This document shows, piece after piece, positions 18,547-27,348 of a stretch of 32,000 nt of DNA. The notes under the pieces are model-generated. The model saw only the letters and a list, made by a program, of their open reading frames with translations. It searched no databases and was not told the DNA's origin. The translations under genes were made by a program, and so were the position numbers. The stretch spans positions 690,001-722,000 of the forward strand of contig NZ_CP010048.1 in the NCBI RefSeq assembly GCF_000973505.1, given 5' to 3'. Source of the stretch: Candidatus Saccharimonadota bacterium. Its GTDB lineage: Bacteria; Pseudomonadota; Gammaproteobacteria; Enterobacterales; Enterobacteriaceae. Every line of letters starts with the position of its first letter. Within the stretch, counting starts at the first letter, position 1.

Positions 18547-19293
18547 ATGACTATATGGATTACTGGAGAAATAATAAACAACATACATTGGACCAACGAA
18601 TTATTCAGCCTAACCGTACGAGCACCAATCGAACCATTCATAGCAGGACAATTCACAAAAATTAAATTAACAATAAACGGACGGAACATTCAACGACCAT
18701 ATTCATACCTAAATTCTCCAACCAGCAAAAATTTAATTTTTTATCTAGTAACCGTCCCTAAAGGAAAATTGACTCACACTTTATATAAATTACAAACCGG
18801 AGACACCATAAAACTTACAAAACAATCATACGGAAACTTTGTAATAAACAAAATTCCACAATGTGAAAATTTATGGATGATTGCTACAGGAACAGGAATT
18901 GCACCATATTTATCAATTTTAACACATGGAAAAGGATTAGAAAAATTCACTAATATTATATTAATATACGCAGTACGATTTTCAAAACATTTACATTATA
19001 CAAATATCATCAATCAATTAAAAATAAAATACCAAAACAAACTAACAACACAAACTATTCTAAGTCAAGAAAAATCACCAGATACACTCACCGGACATGT
19101 ACAAGAACTAATCGCTAACGGTGAACTAGAAAAAAAAATAGGTTTACAATTAAAAAATAAAAACAGCCATATAATGCTTTGTGGCAACCCCAATATGATT
19201 TACGAAACACAAACACTATTAAAAGAATATTATAATATGAATCATCACTCTAATACACACCCAGGACATATCACTACAGAACGTTACTGGTAA
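18547..19293 (+). CDS. fpr: Ferredoxin/flavodoxin-NADP(+) reductase
   Basis: The ORF encodes 248 aa, the same length as E. coli Fpr. GGAG lies 8 nt upstream of the ATG. Collinear motifs are FSLTV.AP, FIAGQFTK, RPYSYLNSP, LWMIATGTGIAPYLSIL, HIMLCGNP and the C-terminal ERYW (EHYW in E. coli). Confidence 0.95.
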   Translation: MTIWITGEIINNIHWTNELFSLTVRAPIEPFIAGQFTKIKLTINGRNIQRPYSYLNSPTSKNLIFYLVTVPKGKLTHTLYKLQTGDTIKLTKQSYGNFVINKIPQCENLWMIATGTGIAPYLSILTHGKGLEKFTNIILIYAVRFSKHLHYTNIINQLKIKYQNKLTTQTILSQEKSPDTLTGHVQELIANGELEKKIGLQLKNKNSHIMLCGNPNMIYETQTLLKEYYNMNHHSNTHPGHITTERYW

Positions 19294-19584
19294 TATATTA
19301 GTAGTATAATACATAATCGTAATATATAATTTATACAATTATAATATCAACCAAAAAACATATTCATATAAACTGTCAAATTAAAAAACTAAATCGACAA
19401 ATATAACATATGATTATATAAAAAACAACAAAAACAATAAATCATCAAACCAATATCTAAAATTAAACATAAATAAAAAAATAAACAAACAATAGGTATT
19501 ATACAAAACATATCAAACCAATCTAATATAATTTTAGAAACAAGTAAAAAATCACATGTATATAATAATACAAAGGAAAAAACA

Positions 19585-20382
19585 ATGCGAAAATGTTTAA
19601 TAGTCGCTAACTGGAAATTAAATAACAATACAAACACCATCAAAAAATTCTTTCACGAACTAAAAAAAAACGACCACATCATAATTAATACCGCTTGTCA
19701 TATTGCGATCGCCCCATCATTAATGTACTTATATTTAATCAAAAAATATACTATCAATTACCCAAATATCGACTTAGCTGCTCAAAATGTAGACATCCAT
19801 CTATCAGGAGCATTTACTGGTGACATATCTGCAGCAATGCTAAAAGATATTGGCGTACGCTATGTTATCATCGGCCATTCCGAACGGAAAAAATATCATA
19901 AAGAAAACAATAAAAACATCGCTAAAAAATTCGAAATTTTAAAAAAAACAGGACTAACTCCAATCTTATGCATTGGAGAAAACCAACAAGAAAAGAAAAA
20001 TGGACAAACCGAATCCATTTGTGCTACACAATTAGAAACAATATTTAAATTACTTGGTCCACAAGCATTTGAAAATGCCATAATCGCATATGAACCAATT
20101 TGGGCAATCGGAACAGGAATCACCGATACTCCAGAAAACATACAAGCTACGCATAATTTCATCAGAAATTATATTGCCCACTACAATACATCAATAGCAA
20201 ATCAAACAATTATTCAATACGGAGGATCAGTAAATCATACAAATATTAACAATTTATTAATACAACCAGACATCGATGGAGTTTTAGTAGGTACCGCTTC
20301 TTTAACAGCTTCAACTTTCACAAAAATTATAAAACATGCTCAAAAAATTAAATATTCATCCCTCAAAATTAATAACATATAA
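19585..20382 (+). CDS. tpiA: Triosephosphate isomerase
   Basis: The ORF encodes 265 aa and an AAGGAA motif lies upstream of the ATG. Motifs are ANWKLN, AAQNVD...SGAFTGDISAAMLKDIG, IIGHSERK, AYEPIWAIGTG and IQYGGSV. It has a C-terminal extension of about 8-10 aa relative to E. coli. Confidence 0.96.
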   Translation: MRKCLIVANWKLNNNTNTIKKFFHELKKNDHIIINTACHIAIAPSLMYLYLIKKYTINYPNIDLAAQNVDIHLSGAFTGDISAAMLKDIGVRYVIIGHSERKKYHKENNKNIAKKFEILKKTGLTPILCIGENQQEKKNGQTESICATQLETIFKLLGPQAFENAIIAYEPIWAIGTGITDTPENIQATHNFIRNYIAHYNTSIANQTIIQYGGSVNHTNINNLLIQPDIDGVLVGTASLTASTFTKIIKHAQKIKYSSLKINNI

Positions 20383-20509
20383 AACATTCGATGACTCATA
20401 AATAACTATTTTTATACATAATCACTATTTTTATAAACTATCAATGATAACCATCCTCATTATTAGCACCAAAATAATTAAAAAAATAAAAAACAAAAAC
20501 ATCATATCA

Positions 20510-21520
20510 TTACATCACTATTAACACTATATATTCAATATAATACAATAAAACAACCGAAAATAATTTTTTTGCCATCCTTAATACATCATGACGAAAA
20601 GGACGCTTCATATACCGTATAGCAGTAACAATATCATGATGCACTAAACGTTCATCCTGTACACCAACACAACGCCCAGAATAACCACTTAACAACAACT
20701 CAATTGAATACGCGCCCATACGAGACGCTAAAATCCTATCATATGCAACAGGCTTTCCACCTCGCTGAATATGTCCTAAAACAGTAGCTCTAGTTTCCCT
20801 GTTAGTTTCCTTCTCAATATATCTTGCTAACTGAAACACATCACAAATATGCTCAGTAATAACAATAATTGCATGTTTTTTCCCTTTAGAAATACCTGAT
20901 CTTATCTCACATACCAAATCTTTTGGTCTAAACTCGACTTCAGGTAAAACAATAAACTCACAACCACCAGCTATAGCAGCCGCCATAGTTAAATCACCAC
21001 AACAACGACCCATAACTTCAACAATAGAAATTCGCTGATGCGAAGAAGAAGTATCACGCAAACGATCAATAGCTTCAATAATCGTTTCTAAAGCTGTAAA
21101 ATAACCAATAGTATAATCAGTGCCAGCAACATCATTGTCAATAGTACCTGGTAAACTAATACATGGAACACCCATTTCAGTCAACCTACTCGCACCAATA
21201 TAAGAACCATCACCACCAATAACAATCAGGGCATCAAGACCCCGCCGTTTTAAATTTTGAATAACAATTGATCGAATTCTATACTCACGTAACTCAGGAA
21301 ACCGAGCAGAACCTAAAAAAGTACCACCACAATTAATAATATCAGAAACACTATATCTATCTAACCGCACCATCCGATCTTCAAATAAACCAAAATATCC
21401 ATCATACACCCCATACACCTCTAACCCCTCAGATAAACTTGTTCTAACTACACCTCGAATAGCTGCATTCATACCTGGCGAATCACCACCACTAGTTAAT
21501 ACAGCAATTTTTTTAATCAT
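20510..21520 (-). CDS. pfkA: ATP-dependent 6-phosphofructokinase (with 16-aa hydrophobic C-terminal extension)
   Basis: The ORF encodes 336 aa and GAGG lies 7 nt upstream of the ATG. It is collinear with E. coli PfkA ([69 protein letters not shown]). E. coli ends at the residue homologous to ...AKKLF, whereas here [16 protein letters not shown] follows. Confidence 0.96.
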   Translation of the reverse strand: MIKKIAVLTSGGDSPGMNAAIRGVVRTSLSEGLEVYGVYDGYFGLFEDRMVRLDRYSVSDIINCGGTFLGSARFPELREYRIRSIVIQNLKRRGLDALIVIGGDGSYIGASRLTEMGVPCISLPGTIDNDVAGTDYTIGYFTALETIIEAIDRLRDTSSSHQRISIVEVMGRCCGDLTMAAAIAGGCEFIVLPEVEFRPKDLVCEIRSGISKGKKHAIIVITEHICDVFQLARYIEKETNRETRATVLGHIQRGGKPVAYDRILASRMGAYSIELLLSGYSGRCVGVQDERLVHHDIVTAIRYMKRPFRHDVLRMAKKLFSVVLLYYIEYIVLIVM

Positions 21521-21962
21521 ATTCGCCTCTATAATCCATAAAAGTATTTTACAGAATTATAAATCTACTTAAATATATTGAAATATCAAAAATTTAACAT
21601 CAAAAATATTTACTCACCCACTTAAATCAACAAAGTATTCCAAATATTTAACAAATAAACACCACAAAAAAACATTAAACATTACCATATACAACTTACA
21701 TGCAAAATAACTACATATATCAATAAAATATAATATAACCTTAACAACCAATAACACAAATAACGATCATTAACATAAAATTCACTCCATAATATTTAAT
21801 ATTAAAGTATTATCAACGCACTACATGTATGTATCAAAAAACAAAGATTTCATGAAAAATACAGTATAAAAAAATAAACTCTTCATCAACACAAAACTTA
21901 TTTATATATAAAATATATAATATTATTATCATGACAATGTCTATTTCAATACTCTCTAATTC

Positions 21963-22727
21963 TTAATTTTTCCCACCAACAACAACTTTTGCTGGATTAC
22001 CAGCAACAGTGGTATACGCAGGCACAGAATGTAGCACCACCGACCCAGCACCAACTTTAGCATAACAACCTATTTCAATATTTCCTAAAATAATCGCACC
22101 AGCACCAATCATTACCCCCATTCGGATTTTCGGATGACGATCACCAATTACTTTATCCCCTCTGCCACCTAAAGTAACAAATTGCAATATAGATACATCA
22201 TCTTCTACTATAGCTGTTTCACCAATAACAATACCGGTCGCATGATCAAAGATTACACCAGACCCAATAGACGCCGCTGGATGAACATCAACACTAAAAA
22301 TACATGCAATACGACTTTGAAAGTATAATGCTAATAATCTGCGATTATTTTTCCATAACCAATGAGAAATTCTATAAGCCTGCAAAGCATGAAATCCTTT
22401 AAAATATAAAACAGGCACACAATATTTATCCACAGCTGGATCACGTAACCAAATAGCATGAATATCTCTCGCTGCACAAAGAACTATTTCGGGATCATTA
22501 CTATATGATTCTTTAATTAAAATCATCATTTCTTGAAATGACATAATAGTACTACATAACTTATAAGCAAGTATACAAGTTAATACATCGGATAAATCCT
22601 TATGTTTTAACAACATATCCCATAATAATTGCGAACACATATACTCACTATCAACCAATATTTGCGCCTCAGATTTAATATTATTCCAAACAAATTCCAT
22701 TATTTCTAAAGACATACAATATTCCAT
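21963..22727 (-). CDS. cysE: Serine O-acetyltransferase (C-terminal tail missing)
   Basis: The ORF encodes 254 aa. The ATG at 22727 and the ATG at 22715 (MSLEIMEFVWNNIK, versus E. coli MSCEELEIVWNNIK) are both possible starts. Motifs are RDPAVDKY, KGFHALQAYRISHWLW and the hexapeptide-repeat region DVHPAA.IG.G...DHATGIVIGETA. The product stops about 20-25 residues before the E. coli C-terminus. Confidence 0.94.
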   Translation of the reverse strand: MEYCMSLEIMEFVWNNIKSEAQILVDSEYMCSQLLWDMLLKHKDLSDVLTCILAYKLCSTIMSFQEMMILIKESYSNDPEIVLCAARDIHAIWLRDPAVDKYCVPVLYFKGFHALQAYRISHWLWKNNRRLLALYFQSRIACIFSVDVHPAASIGSGVIFDHATGIVIGETAIVEDDVSILQFVTLGGRGDKVIGDRHPKIRMGVMIGAGAIILGNIEIGCYAKVGAGSVVLHSVPAYTTVAGNPAKVVVGGKN

Positions 22728-22809
22728 AAACTACGAATATTTCGTAAAACAACACCAATATCATTAAAATCGAGGATGTTGCACAACACCACACATTTTC
22801 TGTATTGTC

Positions 22810-23829
22810 CTATGAACGATCTAATAAACTTACAGCCGCATCATACACACTCTTATGATGGTATAATATATAATATACTTGTTCAGTGATTGGCATATAC
22901 ACACTATATTTAATAGATAGCAAATGTACTTCCTTAACATTACGAACTCCCTCAATAACCTGATTAATTCTCTTTTTGGCTTCAAATATACTCAGACCTT
23001 TCCCTAATAATAAGCCAAATTTTCGATTACGTGATTGATCATCCGTACACGTCAAAACTAAATCTCCTAAACCGGACATACTCATAAAAACATCAGACTG
23101 AACACCCATAGATTCACCTAAACGGGACATTTCTGCTAATCCCCGAGTAATCAATACTGTACGAGCACTAGCACCAAAACCAATCCCATCAGAAATACCA
23201 GAAGCAATAGCAATAATATTTTTTACTACACCAGATAATTGAACACCAATAAAATCTGAATGACAATATACTCTGAAATTTTTATTAGAATGCAATAACT
23301 GTGTTAAATCCGCAGAAAAACTACTATCTGAAGCCACTAATGTAATAGCAGTTGGCAAACCTGCTGCAAGCTCATGTGCAAAAGTTGGACCAGAAATAAC
23401 CGCACATGGAATATGTGCCCCTAAAATATCACGAACAACATCACTTAAAAATCGACCAGTATCCTTTTCTAAACCCTTTGTAGCTATAATAATTCGATTA
23501 TTACATCGCAAATACAACTTTAAATAGATCATAACAGTAGTAAAAACATAACTTGGCACAGCCACAAACACGTCTTTACAATTGCTCAACAACCCTGCAG
23601 ATAAAGTATCCTCTACAGTTAAAGACGGAGGAAACAATATATTCGGCAAATAACTACGATTACAACGATCCTGCTTCATTTTTTTTATATGCAAGGGGTT
23701 ATGTCCCCATAAAACAACATTATAATGCTTACGGGCTAACACAACAGCCAACGCCGTACCATAAGCACCAGCTCCTAAAACAATCACCGAAGGAACACTA
23801 GAGATCATCACTAATACCATAATATGCAT
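22810..23829 (-). CDS. gpsA: NAD(P)H-dependent glycerol-3-phosphate dehydrogenase
   Basis: It is collinear with E. coli GpsA ([82 protein letters not shown]). The open frame extends to an ATG at 23895, but those 22-29 extra codons are F/L/V-rich filler with no counterpart in E. coli. Likely starts are ATG 23829, 23820 or 23808, and the exact start is uncertain. Confidence 0.93.
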   Translation of the reverse strand: MHIMVLVMISSVPSVIVLGAGAYGTALAVVLARKHYNVVLWGHNPLHIKKMKQDRCNRSYLPNILFPPSLTVEDTLSAGLLSNCKDVFVAVPSYVFTTVMIYLKLYLRCNNRIIIATKGLEKDTGRFLSDVVRDILGAHIPCAVISGPTFAHELAAGLPTAITLVASDSSFSADLTQLLHSNKNFRVYCHSDFIGVQLSGVVKNIIAIASGISDGIGFGASARTVLITRGLAEMSRLGESMGVQSDVFMSMSGLGDLVLTCTDDQSRNRKFGLLLGKGLSIFEAKKRINQVIEGVRNVKEVHLLSIKYSVYMPITEQVYYILYHHKSVYDAAVSLLDRS

Positions 23830-24131
23830 CAAAAACAAAACATTTAAATAAAGAACTCCCACTAATTTCAAAGCTAAATCAATAATACACAACATTTTAA
23901 ATTAAAAAATTTTAACAGCTATAACAACACATCTAAAAATACAATACACATAATCCAATCTATACAAAGTAAAAATACAAATAAACACATACAACACACA
24001 AAATAAAAATAATAAAAAAAAATAAAAAAACGTATATAACAAATTTTCTACACATCTACTATTTTTTATTTCCGAATATCTAACTACTACAACATATATT
24101 CTTAAACTTAATATTCACTATAAATTTTTAT

Positions 24132-24401
24132 TTATTTATGTATAGCACTGATTAACATAACATCTAATTTCCCCTGATCATCCAAAACATACAAATCATC
24201 AGAACCGCCTATATGCTCATTATCAAAAAAAACTTGGGGTACCGTTGTACGACCACAACGATTTACCATTTCTTCATATAATTTCACGTTATCATCAATA
24301 ACAATCTCTTCGAACAACACAGATTTTTTAATTAGCAATTCCTTAGCTCGCCGACAATAAAAACAATATTTCTTTGTATATATTTCAATTTTCATAATCA
24401 T
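24132..24401 (-). CDS. grxC: Glutaredoxin 3 (active site CFYC instead of CPYC)
   Basis: The ORF encodes 89 aa. IEIYTKKYCFYCRRAKELL, GRTTVPQVFFDNEHIGGSDDLYVLD aligns with E. coli GrxC VEIYTKETCPYCHRAKALL, GRTTVPQIFIDAQHIGGYDDLYALD. It lies next to yibN and gpsA, as in E. coli. Confidence 0.92.
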   Translation of the reverse strand: MIMKIEIYTKKYCFYCRRAKELLIKKSVLFEEIVIDDNVKLYEEMVNRCGRTTVPQVFFDNEHIGGSDDLYVLDDQGKLDVMLISAIHK

Positions 24402-24480
24402 CTAATACCTAAATATAATTTTAATTTAAAAATTTTTATTAAATAAGTTAGTTACTAATTCATTTTAAATACACAAAAAC

Positions 24481-24918
24481 TCACTTTTTACCTTGTACCA
24501 GTGGTAAAGATTCATTTTTCCAACTTGCAATACCACCTGCAAGCACATATATTGGACTAAACCCTAATTTATATAAACACCTTGCTATTGAACAAGACAC
24601 AATACCGTTACTGCAAACCAATATCAATGATTTCCCTTTAAATGTAAATAATTCACGAGAACCATAAACACGAATATCTTCAGCATATAAATGTACACTA
24701 CCAATAATATGCGATTGATAAAAATCATTCTGATTACGTACATCAATAACTACAGATCCTTCGGTGTTAATCAATCGAATAACATCATAACATGATATCT
24801 CTGAAAAATTAGACAACCACTTTAAAACAATTACATAAACCAAAGCAATAAACAAAAAACACCACGCCAAACTAATCAATACATGATCAGCAATAAACTC
24901 AATAAAATCTTTTATCAT
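24481..24918 (-). CDS. yibN: Rhodanese-domain inner-membrane protein YibN
   Basis: The ORF encodes 145 aa with an ATG start, an N-terminal TM helix (VLISLAWCFLFIALVYVIVL) and a rhodanese-like domain ending GGIASWKNESLPLVQGKK (E. coli ...GVAGWAGENLPLVRGK). It is in the syntenic position beside grxC. It is more diverged than its neighbours. Confidence 0.8.
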   Translation of the reverse strand: MIKDFIEFIADHVLISLAWCFLFIALVYVIVLKWLSNFSEISCYDVIRLINTEGSVVIDVRNQNDFYQSHIIGSVHLYAEDIRVYGSRELFTFKGKSLILVCSNGIVSCSIARCLYKLGFSPIYVLAGGIASWKNESLPLVQGKK

Positions 24919-25132
24919 TAAAATTCATCTATAAAATAAAAATACCAAAAATAAACATACACATTACACAAAAAAACAACAAACAATATTAAAAAAATAC
25001 GATATTTAATTAAATAACCTGGACGAAAAAGTGTATAATAACTTTATTGTTATTGCAAACTATATCATCGATTAAATTGATTAAATACTCACTACTATAA
25101 TATTTAAAACAAATACACAAGAATAGATCAAC

Positions 25133-26080
25133 ATGATTATCGTTACTGGCGGAGCCGGATTTATTGGCAGCAATATCATTAAACATCTAAACAAACAAAA
25201 CCATACAAACATTGTAGTTGTAGACAATCTTTCTAACAGCAAAAAACACACTAACCTAACAGATCTAAAAATTGTAGATTACATAGATAAAAAAGATTTC
25301 ACTACAATCATCAACGTATCAAAAAACAAAATGAAAAACATACAAGCTATATTTCATCAAGGAGCATGTTCATCTACTACCGTTCAAAATGGACGTTACA
25401 TTATGAAAAATAACTACCAATATTCAAAAAACATACTTCAATACTGCTTGAAATATAAAATTCCACTTTTGTATGCTTCTTCCGCAGCAGTTTACGGCAA
25501 ACAACACTCACAATGCACTGAACATCATCAATACGAATACCCAATTAATATTTATGGATATTCTAAACTCTTATTTGACCAGTATGTACGCTCCATACTA
25601 CCACAAGCGCAATCACAAATCTTTGGAGCACGTTATTTTAACGTTTACGGACCACGAGAACAACATAAAAACAAGATGGCTAGCATAATATTTCAAATTA
25701 TTAATCAAATCAACAATAATAAACAACCCACACTGTTTTCCGGTAGTGAAACTTTTTCAAGAGATTTTATCTATATCGATGATGTTATTGACGTTAATAT
25801 ATGGGCATTTAAAAATAACATATCAGGAATTTTTAACATTGGAACTGGAATTTCAACATCATTTACCGAAATTGCTAACACTACATTAAATCTCTACAAT
25901 AACGAAAAAAAACACACAATAAACTATATAAACTTTCCTATACAATTAAAACATTCCTATCAAACTTTTACACAAGCCAACATTAAACATTTACAACAAT
26001 CTGGATATAACAAAAAATTCATTCCAACAGATCAAGGAATAAAAAAATATATTTCTTGGTTAAAAACTAATAACAATTAA
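25133..26080 (+). CDS. hldD: ADP-L-glycero-D-manno-heptose 6-epimerase
   Basis: The ORF encodes 315 aa with an ATG start. It is collinear with E. coli HldD/RfaD (MIIVTGGAGFIGSNI, VVDNL, IFHQGACSSTT, NNYQYSK, YASSAAVYG, YGYSK.LFDQYVR, RYFNVYGPRE, RDFIYIDDV, FNIGTG, YQTFTQA). Confidence 0.96.
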   Translation: MIIVTGGAGFIGSNIIKHLNKQNHTNIVVVDNLSNSKKHTNLTDLKIVDYIDKKDFTTIINVSKNKMKNIQAIFHQGACSSTTVQNGRYIMKNNYQYSKNILQYCLKYKIPLLYASSAAVYGKQHSQCTEHHQYEYPINIYGYSKLLFDQYVRSILPQAQSQIFGARYFNVYGPREQHKNKMASIIFQIINQINNNKQPTLFSGSETFSRDFIYIDDVIDVNIWAFKNNISGIFNIGTGISTSFTEIANTTLNLYNNEKKHTINYINFPIQLKHSYQTFTQANIKHLQQSGYNKKFIPTDQGIKKYISWLKTNNN

Positions 26081-26291
26081 CATCATTATAAATGTTACCC
26101 CAAATAGCTACACCCTAAAACAACATAAATAACATCACATGTTAATGTGAATGTATTAACACAACCCCATTTAATAAATATTTTTTTACATTAAAATACA
26201 CTCACTCAAAGTCAAATGACAATAAAATCTATCTACATATCATGAATTAATTATTAACAATTCAAATTAAATCAACTAACAATCAACAATT

Positions 26292-27347
26292 ATGAGAATA
26301 TTGATTATCGCACCATCATGGATCGGTGACGCCATAATGTCACAGACTATGCATCGTTTACTCGTACAGCAGGATCCAAAAATAAAAATTGACATTATAG
26401 CATCTACCTGGAACCAAGCCTTATTCTATAGAATGCCAGAAATTCACAAAGTTTTAACTTTAACACATGCTAAACATGGCTCATTTCCAATAAAAAAATA
26501 TTATCAATATGGAAAACTATTACAAAAAAGTCAAAAATATCAACAATCCATAATTTTACCAAACTCATTTAAATCTGCACTTATCCCATTTTTTGCTGGT
26601 ATACCAAAACGTACTGGATGGCGCGGAGAAATGAGATATGGAATAATTAATGATATGCGTATATTACACCCTAAAAATTTTCCTCTAATGATAGAACGAT
26701 ACGCCGCATTAGCTTTCAAAAAAGAAAATATTAACAACACCCTTGATTTACCACATCCACTCCCTTTGCCATATCTACATTATAATCCACAAGAACTACA
26801 TGCCATATCAAACAAATTTAATATCACTGATAATACAACCAAAATAAGAATTGGCATCTGTCCCGGCGCTGAATCTAACCAAGCTAAACGTTGGCCAATA
26901 CATCATTATGCTAGGTTAATATTAAAACTTATTAATCAAGGATACCAAACTATTTTGTTGGGTTCCTATAAAGAAATAAAAATTGGAAGAAGTATAAAAA
27001 ACAGTATTCCTAAAAATCTACAAACATACTGTCATAATTTAATCGGCCTCACCTCACTAGATGAAGCGATTCTATTAATTAAAAAATGTCATGCAATCAT
27101 AAGTAATGATTCTGGACTAATGCACATAGCTTGTGCACTACACAAACCAGTCGTAGCATTGTACGGTCCTAGCGATCCAAACTGTACACCACCATTATAT
27201 CATCATACAAAAATAATAAAAATAAAAACTCATAACACCTACAAACAACAAACACAACACTCTTATTATAATCTAGACAAATATGATCCCAACTTAATAA
27301 ATATTCAACCACATACAGTCCTAGAAACACTACACAAACTTCTATAA
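26292..27347 (+). CDS. waaF: ADP-heptose:LPS heptosyltransferase II
   Basis: The ORF encodes 351 aa with an ATG start. It is collinear with E. coli WaaF (PSWIGDAIMSQ, LPNSFKSALIPFFAGIPKRTGWRGEMRYG, MIERYAALAF, CPGAE...AKRWP, NDSGLMHIA, ALYGPS). Confidence 0.95.
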   Translation: MRILIIAPSWIGDAIMSQTMHRLLVQQDPKIKIDIIASTWNQALFYRMPEIHKVLTLTHAKHGSFPIKKYYQYGKLLQKSQKYQQSIILPNSFKSALIPFFAGIPKRTGWRGEMRYGIINDMRILHPKNFPLMIERYAALAFKKENINNTLDLPHPLPLPYLHYNPQELHAISNKFNITDNTTKIRIGICPGAESNQAKRWPIHHYARLILKLINQGYQTILLGSYKEIKIGRSIKNSIPKNLQTYCHNLIGLTSLDEAILLIKKCHAIISNDSGLMHIACALHKPVVALYGPSDPNCTPPLYHHTKIIKIKTHNTYKQQTQHSYYNLDKYDPNLINIQPHTVLETLHKLL

Positions 27348-27348
27348 T

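Noticed and set aside
20405-20435. 12-nt direct repeat ACTATTTTTATA (20405-20416 and 20424-20435) between the convergent tpiA and pfkA genes, as a possible bidirectional terminator.
   Set aside because: It is a direct repeat rather than an inverted one, so no hairpin forms. It is low-complexity AT sequence and likely coincidental.
23830-23895. N-terminal 22-29 codon extension of the gpsA ORF ([22 protein letters not shown]...), which could be read as a signal peptide or TM anchor.
   Set aside because: It has no counterpart in GpsA homologues. The composition is that of a translated spacer, and in-frame ATGs at 23829, 23820 and 23808 restore the canonical distance to the GAGAYG NAD-binding motif.
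25034-25101. TATAAT hexamers (25034-25039, 25096-25101) in the yibN/hldD divergent spacer, and similar -10-like hexamers in most spacers, as promoters.
   Set aside because: In DNA this AT-rich, TATAAT-like hexamers occur everywhere by chance. I could not pair them with properly spaced -35 elements, since the TTGATT at 25077-25082 is only 13 nt away. They are not reportable without 5' end data.
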